Origin: Coriobacteriaceae bacterium | GTDB taxonomy: Bacteria; Actinomycetota; Coriobacteriia; Coriobacteriales; UMGS124 | DNA length: 64,000 bases | Direction of reading: 5' to 3' | Assembly: GCA_019421015.1 (NCBI GenBank) | Contig: JAHZGC010000007.1 | Coordinates: 23,397 to 87,396 of the forward strand | In this document: in pieces, positions 48,863 through 56,563 of the stretch | Layout: each line of letters begins with the position of its first letter | How positions within the stretch are numbered: the first letter of the stretch is position 1 | Made by a program: the position numbers and the translations under genes | Notes under the pieces: model-generated | What the model was told of the DNA's origin: nothing | Database searches by the model: none | The model's input: the letters and a program-made list of their open reading frames with translations, nothing else

Positions 48863-49633
48863 TTACGCGCAGTCGTCCCGAACGTCGGCCAGCATGTCAA
48901 GGGCCGCCAGGCCCGTCTCGGTGACGGTCCAGGCCGGGGCCCACACCAAGGCGTCGCAGGCCTCGAGGGCGTCGACAAAGTGGGCGGCGTAAAAGCGAGG
49001 CTTCTGGACGAGCGGGTCCGCGTCGACGGCCTTCCCGAGGTCGGGCATCGACGCGCCCCCCTCGACGGAGCACATCTCGAGCACGCGCTTGTAGATGGGC
49101 AGGTAAAGCGTCTCGCGTTCAAAGAGCTCCGCCACCGGGGCAAGCGGGTCGTCGGCGGCCAAGGCCGCGTTGCCCTCCTCGGTGGCGTGCCAGAAGACCT
49201 GGGGAGGCGCGGCAGGCTCGAGGCACTCCACACCGTCGATCACCACGGTCACGGGCTCGGCCGCCCCGGCGTCCCATGCATACGGGGCCCCCTGCTCGTC
49301 AACCTGCTCGAGCGCACCGGCCTCTTCGAGCAGTAGCAGCAGGTTCTCAAGGGTGTGAATCGAGCGGTAGCGTTCCTGGACCGCCGCCACCGCGGCACGG
49401 ACCTCCTCGGTGGGCATCGGGGCCGCACAGGCCTCGAGCACCGCCCGCAGCACATGGCGCTGGCGCCGCATGCGGTCGAACAGCTCCTCGATGCGCTCGG
49501 CGGGCGGCTTAGGCACCCGGCTGGCCGGGATAGCCTGTACCTGGGAGACCTGCGGCTCGGCAACGGAGGCCGCCTGGCGCCCCTCGCAGGCAACCGCGTC
49601 AGCGCGAAGGCCCTTCGTCTCGTCGTGTCCCAT
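48863..49633 (-). CDS. Hypothetical protein embedded in the reductase operon (no recognisable family)
   Basis: ATG at 49633, 256 aa. It sits in the same orientation between the FeS-subunit and TorD genes and has helical N-terminal and mixed C-terminal halves. Confidence 0.5.
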   Translation of the reverse strand: MGHDETKGLRADAVACEGRQAASVAEPQVSQVQAIPASRVPKPPAERIEELFDRMRRQRHVLRAVLEACAAPMPTEEVRAAVAAVQERYRSIHTLENLLLLLEEAGALEQVDEQGAPYAWDAGAAEPVTVVIDGVECLEPAAPPQVFWHATEEGNAALAADDPLAPVAELFERETLYLPIYKRVLEMCSVEGGASMPDLGKAVDADPLVQKPRFYAAHFVDALEACDALVWAPAWTVTETGLAALDMLADVRDDCA

Positions 49634-49655
49634 ACGAATCCCACCCTTCCATAAG

Positions 49656-49870
49656 GCGTTTGCAGAAAAGCCGACCGGCTTGTGGCAAAGATTGACGGGT
49701 ATGAACGACACCTGAGGCCCAGAAGAGGTGCCTGAGGTCCTCATGATAAATCAACGGTGGAATCATCCCTGAATTCGTATCATTGTCGCAACGGTAGTCG
49801 CTGCTCAGAGGCAAAAGCACCGTTCACACCCGTCATTTTTTGCCACAACCGCCCCGTTTCGGTGCAAACG
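49656..49870. mobile_element. Family B MITE-like element, copy 3 (divergent core), inside the reductase operon
   Basis: Left end is GCGTTTGCAGAAAAGCCGACCGGCTTGTGGCAAAGATTGACGGGTATGAACG. Right end is CGTTCACACCCGTCATTTTTTGCCACAACCGCCCCGTTTCGGTGCAAACG, its inverted complement (~55 nt). Confidence 0.6.
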
Positions 49871-49938
49871 GGGCACCGGGCGGCGCAGGCGGCCCAAACC
49901 GACCGCGCCGCCCCAAACACAGCGAGCCAAAACCCGAA

Positions 49939-50559
49939 CTACATCTGAGGCTCCTGCCAGGCGGCGGTGCGCAGTATGTAGGCAAACTGCGGGCCGTTGC
50001 CCTCATCGGGCAGCTGGTAGACCTGGTCCTCAGTGTAGGGCTGCACAAAGTCGCCCAAGGTCTCGCCGCGCGGGCCCTTGAAGGTCTCGATGCCCTCGTC
50101 AAGGTCGCCAAAGAAGCGGGCCATGCCGCAGCACTGGCTCACGCACTGGGGCAGCTCGCCCTGGCTGATCTTCTGCTCGCAGAGGGTGCACTTCTCCACG
50201 AAGCCGGCGTCCTCGTTCATGTAGCGCACGCCGTAGGGGCAGGCGTCGAGGCAGGCCTCGCAGCCGATGCAGGCCTCGTGGTCGACCTGGACGGTGCCGT
50301 CCTCAGCCTTGAACGAAGCGCCGGTGGGGCACACCTTGATGCACTCGGGGTCGGCGCAGTGCTGGCAGGAGACGTTGAGGAAGTACATCTCGACGTCGGG
50401 GTACTGGCCCGAGCCGCCCACCTTGGGGGTGGGGCCCACGCGCAGCACGCGGTTCCAGAAGCGGCCCACCGGCACGTCGTTGATCGCCTTGCAGGCCACG
50501 GTGCAGGCATGGCACCCCACACACCGATCGATGTCGGTGACGATTGAATAGTTAGCCAT
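49939..50559 (-). CDS. 4Fe-4S ferredoxin-type subunit (DmsB-like)
   Basis: Starts MANYSIVTDIDRCVGCHACTVAC and has four Cys clusters. It is a paralog of 39136..39807. Confidence 0.9.
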   Translation of the reverse strand: MANYSIVTDIDRCVGCHACTVACKAINDVPVGRFWNRVLRVGPTPKVGGSGQYPDVEMYFLNVSCQHCADPECIKVCPTGASFKAEDGTVQVDHEACIGCEACLDACPYGVRYMNEDAGFVEKCTLCEQKISQGELPQCVSQCCGMARFFGDLDEGIETFKGPRGETLGDFVQPYTEDQVYQLPDEGNGPQFAYILRTAAWQEPQM

Positions 50560-50595
50560 ACGTACGAACCTCCCTTACAGGATTCAATCTATAAA

Positions 50596-50772
50596 GCGGG
50601 TTCTCGGCCGCAAGGCGCCGGGAGGCGATGCGTACGCCTGGTACGTGAGCCTCCCGGGAACGTGGCGGCCGAGGTTCCGCAACTACAGCGGGTTCTGGCT
50701 CGCAAGGCGCGCAGGTGCGATGCGTACATCTGGTACGTGAGTACCTGCGCAACGCCGCGAGCCAGGTTCCGC
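50596..50772. repeat. Family A hairpin repeat, two tandem 85-nt units between the catalytic and FeS subunit genes
   Basis: The units span 50596-50680 and 50688-50772, a 92-nt period. Each forms GCGG/CCGC, a 9-bp stem, an 8-9-bp stem and the apex CGTAC-N5-GTACG. The stems differ between units but are compensated: CTCGGCCGC:GCGGCCGAG vs CTGGCTCGC:GCGAGCCAG, and CCGGGAGGC:GCCTCCCGG vs GCGCAGGT:ACCTGCGC. Confidence 0.8.
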
Positions 50773-50778
50773 AGCACG

Positions 50779-53700
50779 CTAGTCCACGTGGTAGATGCTG
50801 GTGCCCTCGCCGCCGGGGAGCCACGCCTTCAGGCGCGGGTCGTCGGCGGAGCAGATGATGGGCGTGCCGTCGTTGCCGCACGGCACGGGGTTGCCGAAGG
50901 GCGAGTTCTCGGCCGTGGCCTTGTAGATCTTGACCGGGTAGGTACGCACGTTGGCCGAGCCGTTGTACTTGTCCTGGCAGGTGCGGTCCACGAGGCAGTT
51001 GATGCACGAGAGCTCAAAGCCGCCGCCGGCCTGGTTGAGCTCGGGGTACCACCACTGGTGCTCGGCGTTGATGGTGCCGGGCTCGATGCCGTAGTAGATG
51101 TCGACGGTCTGGCGCACCTTGCCCCACGGGCTCTCGATCCACGCCCAGTCGCCCTGCTCGAGGCCGAGCTCCTCGGCGTCGACGGGGTTGATCTCCATGC
51201 GGGGCACGGGCCACAGCTCGCGGCACCAGGGCAGCTGACGGTGCTCGGAGTGGAAGTACACCGGGATGCGGCGGCCGGTGATGCAGGTGAAGGGGTACTC
51301 CTCGTAGGTCGCGGCGTCGGCCACGGGGCTGTGGGCAGGCTCCTGGTAGTAGGGCAGGGCCTCGCTCGTAAAGCCGGGGGCCAGTTCGGGGCCGTCCTCA
51401 CCCTCAGGGTAGACGCTCTCGATGGTGGTGCACCAGAACTCGTGCTTCATCGTGGGCGTCGGGAAGCCGGGAATGCCGATGGGCCCGCGGTAGGTCTGCT
51501 GGTGCATGCCGGTGCGGTAGGCCTGGCCGGTCTCGTAGCGGCGGAAGGTGCCCCACTCCTCGGGGACCTCCTCCTTCATGTTCCACCAGCCGTGCTCCTG
51601 GAAGGCGTCGCGCACCTCTTCCCAGCTGTTGTAGGGCACGATGCCGTCGCGGAACAGGGCGAGGTTCAGGGCCTCGATCTCGATGTCCTTGCCGCTGTTC
51701 TCGAGCCAGGGGTCGTCGCCGTCGAAGGCCGGCACGCCGAAGTACTTGGAGAGCTCCATGAAGTAGCGCGGGTCGCTCTTGCACTCGCCGGGAGGCTCCA
51801 CGGCGCGCACGCCGAGACCCCAGGCGCCCTGGGAGCCCTGGGACATGCGCCAGGTGTTCATCTCGAGCCAGTGGCAGACGGGCAAAAGGATGTCGGCCGC
51901 GCCCGAGGTGGGCGAGTGCCACAGGTTTGCCTCGAAGAGGAAGTCGAGCTTGTTCAGGGCCTCCCAGTTGTACTGGGCGTTGGCCATGTTCATGTGATCG
52001 CCCGAGCCGATCATGCCGCCGTGGATGTGGTAGGGGGCGTCGGGCTCCTGGTGCGCGGCCTCCATGACGGCGTTGCAGTCGGCCCAGACGTTGTACCAGT
52101 AGAGCAGCGGCATCTTGTCGTTGCCGCACATCTTCATCGAGAGCTCGGGGGCGGGCATGTAGGCAAAGGCCGCCATGGCGGGCAGCACCGCGCACATGTC
52201 GCCGGCGCCGGTCCAGCCGTTGGTGGCGCCGCGCTGGCCGCCGGGGGTGTCGATGGCGCCCACCATGGCGCAGGCGGCCATGATGGCGCGGCAGTTCTGG
52301 GTGGAGTTGCCGGCATGCTCGACGCCCAGGCCGTAGTTGATGCCGCCGTTGGGCAGGTCGGGGTCGACGCGGGTCGCCCAGGCCAGGCAGGCCTCCTCGA
52401 TCTTCTCGGCCGGCACACCGGTGACCTCGGCGGTCTTCTCGGGCGTCCACTCCTGGAGGTAGGCGCTCCAAAGGTCCCACACGGGGCGGCCAGTGTGGGT
52501 GGTGCCGTCCTTGAGCACGACCTCGAACTCGCCGGTCAGGGCCGGGTCGATCATCGGGTCAAAGTCGGAGAGGTCGGCGATCCAGCCCTTGGCCTTGGCG
52601 GCGTCGGCGCGCTGGCGCGAGGTGTCCTCCTCGCGGCCGGAGGTCTGGGGCTTCCACTCCTCGCCCTCCCAGTGGGCGTCCTCGGGATCGGCCTGCCAGT
52701 AGGTCCAGCGGCCGCCCAGCTCATCCCAGACCAGGTAGCGCTTGGGGTTGCCGTCGCCCTCGACCTCCCAGTCCACCATCGAGGGGTCGATGTCGGCCTC
52801 GGTGAGCAGGCGGCTCTTGTACTCGAAGGGGCCGCTCCCCTTCTCGTTGGTGCCGGTGTAGCCGGTAGGCTCCATGTCGGGCACCACGATGAACGGGGCG
52901 TTGGACCAGCGCTTGAGGAACTTGTAGTCGGCCAGGTCGTGCTCCAGGATCACGTGGCACCAGCCCAGGGCCAGGGCGGCGTCGGTGCCGGGGCGCAGGT
53001 TCAGCCAGTGGTCGGCCTTGGAACCCAGGTTGGTCTGGCGCGGGTCCACCGAGATGTAGGTGTCGGCCTCGGTGGCCACGTCGATGGCCATGCGGGCGGA
53101 GTCGTCGTAGTTGGACTGCGACTGCTCGGTGGCCCACTGCACGAACACGGGGGCGTGGGCGTCGACGTCGCTCCACGACCAGGCCTCCACGTTGTCGAGG
53201 GCGCTCGCAAAGTGGCGCGGGCCCTTGCAGACCTGGTAGGCGGCCACCACGTTGGGAGACCCGAAGAGCTCGGTGCACATGCCGGCGTCGGACTGCATGC
53301 ACCACTGACGGCCGGTGCCGCACCAGCTGAACAGCGACTCGGGGCCGTACTTCTCGCGGATCTGCATGATGTTGTCGGCGATGGTCTGGTAGGCCTCTTC
53401 CCAACCGATGCGCACCCAGCCGGGATCGTCGGAGCCCTTGGGGTTGGTGCGCTTAAGCGGGTAGCGCAGGCGGTCGGGGTGATAGGCGGCCTGCAGCGAC
53501 GCCTGACCCTTGGAGCAGTGGCTGCCCTGGGTGGCAAAGCAAGACTCGTCGCCCTCGGTGCGGATGACGCGGCCGTCCTTGACGTAAACCCACACGCCGC
53601 ACTCGGACTTGCCGCAGCCGCGGCAGCACGAGCGGATCTTCTTGACGCCCTCTTCGGCGGCGGCCGCCTGCTCGGCGGTCTCGGCAGCAAGCGCCATACG

Positions 53701-53787
53701 CTCGGAGCCGACGCCCACCGCAGCCGCAGCCGCCGTGGCGGCCATCAGCTTGGAGAACGTGCGACGTGAGCATGTCAAACTAGCCAT
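50779..53787 (-). CDS. Large (1002 aa) Tat-exported bis-MGD molybdopterin oxidoreductase catalytic subunit
   Basis: Has a Tat signal (TCSRRTFSKLMAATAAAAAV) and a Cys cluster (SCCRGCGKSECGVWV...HCSKG). It is a paralog of 39811..43209 over its whole length. Confidence 0.9.
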   Translation of the reverse strand: MASLTCSRRTFSKLMAATAAAAAVGVGSERMALAAETAEQAAAAEEGVKKIRSCCRGCGKSECGVWVYVKDGRVIRTEGDESCFATQGSHCSKGQASLQAAYHPDRLRYPLKRTNPKGSDDPGWVRIGWEEAYQTIADNIMQIREKYGPESLFSWCGTGRQWCMQSDAGMCTELFGSPNVVAAYQVCKGPRHFASALDNVEAWSWSDVDAHAPVFVQWATEQSQSNYDDSARMAIDVATEADTYISVDPRQTNLGSKADHWLNLRPGTDAALALGWCHVILEHDLADYKFLKRWSNAPFIVVPDMEPTGYTGTNEKGSGPFEYKSRLLTEADIDPSMVDWEVEGDGNPKRYLVWDELGGRWTYWQADPEDAHWEGEEWKPQTSGREEDTSRQRADAAKAKGWIADLSDFDPMIDPALTGEFEVVLKDGTTHTGRPVWDLWSAYLQEWTPEKTAEVTGVPAEKIEEACLAWATRVDPDLPNGGINYGLGVEHAGNSTQNCRAIMAACAMVGAIDTPGGQRGATNGWTGAGDMCAVLPAMAAFAYMPAPELSMKMCGNDKMPLLYWYNVWADCNAVMEAAHQEPDAPYHIHGGMIGSGDHMNMANAQYNWEALNKLDFLFEANLWHSPTSGAADILLPVCHWLEMNTWRMSQGSQGAWGLGVRAVEPPGECKSDPRYFMELSKYFGVPAFDGDDPWLENSGKDIEIEALNLALFRDGIVPYNSWEEVRDAFQEHGWWNMKEEVPEEWGTFRRYETGQAYRTGMHQQTYRGPIGIPGFPTPTMKHEFWCTTIESVYPEGEDGPELAPGFTSEALPYYQEPAHSPVADAATYEEYPFTCITGRRIPVYFHSEHRQLPWCRELWPVPRMEINPVDAEELGLEQGDWAWIESPWGKVRQTVDIYYGIEPGTINAEHQWWYPELNQAGGGFELSCINCLVDRTCQDKYNGSANVRTYPVKIYKATAENSPFGNPVPCGNDGTPIICSADDPRLKAWLPGGEGTSIYHVD

Positions 53788-53989
53788 ACTTCCTCCCCTT
53801 CGATCTCTTCCCTAGCGATTCCAGAAGCCGCATCGGGGCCTGCAGGCGGCCGGGGTGCCCGCAGGTCCCGATGTCCGCGGTTAGCATCGCAAGTATGGAG
53901 GGGATATGGAAATAACGATTCGTTCCTTTTGGGATGAAATGCCCGCTAGGAATGGGGTCATGCTCCGCCGGACCTTGATTCCACGACGG

Positions 53990-54008
53990 CATAACGAACG
54001 CTGTTATG
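53990..54008. promoter_or_regulatory. Candidate LysR-type (LTTR) box
   Basis: CATAAC-GAACGCT-GTTATG is a perfect 6-bp dyad with a 7-nt spacer (the ATAAC-N7-GTTAT class). It lies in the divergent intergenic region between the reductase operon (start 53787) and lysR (start 54162). Confidence 0.4.
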
Positions 54009-54161
54009 CGATTCTCGCCTATGGGCCGGGGCCAACTCCGGTTCACCGGGGCATCCAACCGTGGTAGTCTGGTTTTGGGGAGAAACACGCCCGAGGAAAG
54101 GCCCTGCTCGCCATAGGCAGAGCAGCCCCGTTCCTCGCGCTTTACGGGGTTGGGAGCACCT

Positions 54162-55091
54162 ATGGCCGTCGACATGTATCGGGAGTTCCTTGAGCTCACG
54201 CGGTGCCTGAACTTTACCCAGGCGGCCCAGAACCTGCACCTCACCCAGCCCGCGCTCTCCAAACACATCGCCGCCCTGGAGCGCGAGTTCGGCACCGAGT
54301 TGTTCCACCGCGACCGGCGCAGCGTGGAGCTCACCGAGGAGGGACGGGCGCTCACCCCCTATGCCATCTCGATCGTGGAGGCCTACGAACAGGCCGTGGC
54401 AACGCTCGCCCAGATCAGGGAGCGCCAGCCCGTCCGCGTCGACGGCGTGCTGTTCGACGGCACCGTGGGGTCAATCGTCTCGCTTGCGGCGCTGCTCATC
54501 TCCCGCGACGGGCTCGCTCCCCTCAGCACCATGCACCACGAGAAGACCTCCCCCGTGGAGCTCCTGATCAACGGCGAGATCGACATGGCCCTGAGCAGCA
54601 TCGACGACGCCGAGGCGTCCGAGCTGGGCCTCGTGCGCCACCCCCTCATCGAGGTGCCCTTCGTGGCCATCCTCGACCGCAACCACCCCCTGGCCGAGCG
54701 CTCGTCGCTGCGCATGGAAGAGCTCTCCGCCGAGACCTTCATCCACTTCGTGGACAAATACGCCCAGGCAGCCTGGAACAACATCGCCGACTGCTGCCGG
54801 CGGCACGGCTTTGAGCCCCGCACACGCCCGGTTGTGGGCAACGTGGCAAACTACATGGCGGTCCAGCCCGAGGGGTCGGTGCTCATCCAGCAGGCCAACC
54901 TGCGCCAGCTCCGGTTCATGGAGGAGAGCGGCACCGTGGCTGTGGTGCCCATCTCCGACAAGGACGCCTGCTTCTTCATCGACTGCATCGTGCGCGAGAA
55001 GGACGCCAAGCGACTCGAACGCCATCTCGCGGTGTTCGAGGAGGCCCGCAACCGAACGTCGGTGCGCGGGCGCGGAGGCGAGCAGGAGTAG
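54162..55091 (+). CDS. LysR-family transcriptional regulator
   Basis: ATG at 54162 is preceded by GGGAG. The N-terminal HTH is FLELTRCLNFTQAAQNLHLTQPALSKHIAALEREFGTELFHR, followed by a LysR substrate-binding domain. Confidence 0.85.
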   Translation: MAVDMYREFLELTRCLNFTQAAQNLHLTQPALSKHIAALEREFGTELFHRDRRSVELTEEGRALTPYAISIVEAYEQAVATLAQIRERQPVRVDGVLFDGTVGSIVSLAALLISRDGLAPLSTMHHEKTSPVELLINGEIDMALSSIDDAEASELGLVRHPLIEVPFVAILDRNHPLAERSSLRMEELSAETFIHFVDKYAQAAWNNIADCCRRHGFEPRTRPVVGNVANYMAVQPEGSVLIQQANLRQLRFMEESGTVAVVPISDKDACFFIDCIVREKDAKRLERHLAVFEEARNRTSVRGRGGEQE

Positions 55092-55098
55092 GGGGCGC

Positions 55099-56315
55099 CT
55101 ACGCGTCTGCCATGCGCTCGTCGATGAGCGCCAAAAGCTCGTCCTTGCGGTGGATGCCGAGCTTTTGGTAGATGTGGGCGGTGTGGGCCTTGGCCGTTCC
55201 GGCGGAGACCCCCAGCTCCTCGCAGATATAGACGCTCGTGTAGCCCTTGGCGAGCATCTCCATAACCTCGCGTTCACGGCGCGAGAAGCCAAACTCACCC
55301 GCAATCTGCTCGTACACGCCGCGCAGGCGCTCCTCACGCGTGCGGGCGAGCTCGTCGCGCACGGCGTCCTCTTGGCGCTCCCCCACCAGGCGGGCCATGG
55401 CGTAGGCGGAGCCGAGCACCAGGGCCATGGTGATTGCGAAGATGCAGAGCTCACCGGTTCGGCCCGTAAGCGCCGATGCACCCCACAGGGACGCAAAGAC
55501 GCCCCATAGAATCCCACCCATCAAGAACCCGATGGCAAGAAGTAGCTTGTCCATCAGGCAGATATCGAGCTCGCTCATGCCAAAGCGCCCTTTGAGGTCC
55601 GACAGCTGCACGGCAGAGAAGCTGGACCAGGCTATCCATACGATTCCGGCCGTCTCCCAAACCGCCCCGTCCAGCCCCGTCTCAAGATAGGGCAGGTACA
55701 GGCCGCCCACCGCCACCAACAAAAGCGCCGGCAAGGCCGTATACAGGCTATCCGCAGAGCGAATCGCCAACACCAAAGACGCGATCAGCACCACCACGGC
55801 AAAGAGAAGCAGCACCTGATTCGACACGCCGATTGCGTCCTGGTGCCCGATCTCGGAACAAAACACCAGGGCGACACCAAATACCACACGCTGGATTATC
55901 GAGATTGCACGAGCATCAAAACCGCCAAAACGATCGTGGCTATGACGTTTTGGGCCGCACGGCGTTTATCGAACGAGGCGAAGGCGAGGCCCCACAGCAG
56001 CATGAACGAGCCGATCACAAAGAACTCGAGCGCCATGCATAAGACGCGTGCCTCCCCCCAAAAGCCCGCCACGGACCCCGTCTCCAACAGGCAGGTTGCC
56101 CCCAAAACCGCCAACGACAGAACCCTGCGTCCCTGACGAACGCCCAGGCAACGCATGGTCGCATAGGCAATGGCGATCACCGCCATGAGAAACAGGTACT
56201 TTGCCATGGGAGCCCAGAGGCCCCACTCAACGGGGTAGGCCGAGACCGGGCCGAGATATCTAAAACCTACAGACGCCCAATAGAGCGCCGATCCAACGAT
56301 GAGCCATAGGTCCAT
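55099..56315 (-). pseudogene. Membrane-spanning LuxR-family regulator split into two ORFs (55896..56315 and 55099..55887) by an apparent frameshift
   Basis: The upstream ORF (139 aa, 4 TM) ends at TAA 55896-55898. The downstream ORF (more TM helices plus the HTH FSRREREVMEMLAKGYTSVYICEELGVSAGTAKAHTAHIYQKLGIHRKDELLAL) is in a different frame. That frame stays open for at least 14 codons upstream of its GTG. Together the two pieces recreate the architecture of the intact paralogs. Confidence 0.5.
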
Positions 56316-56563
56316 CCCATCCCCCTCGTCCTTGGACCCATTAAAATAATTTGAGCAGAGAATTCAGCATCGGATAAGATTCATGCTAATCCACCTGCGG
56401 TTTTACTGTCTATAAACCAAAAGTTTAGTACCTCACGGGCCTTTTGATAAACCCTTTCCCCGATGCGCCAAAAGTGCTTCCGGCTCTACCGTTGGCAGCG
56501 TTCGAGGTCGCAGCACGCTCAAGCGCCGACCGCACCCACCAACAGCGTGAAAGGAATGCACCC

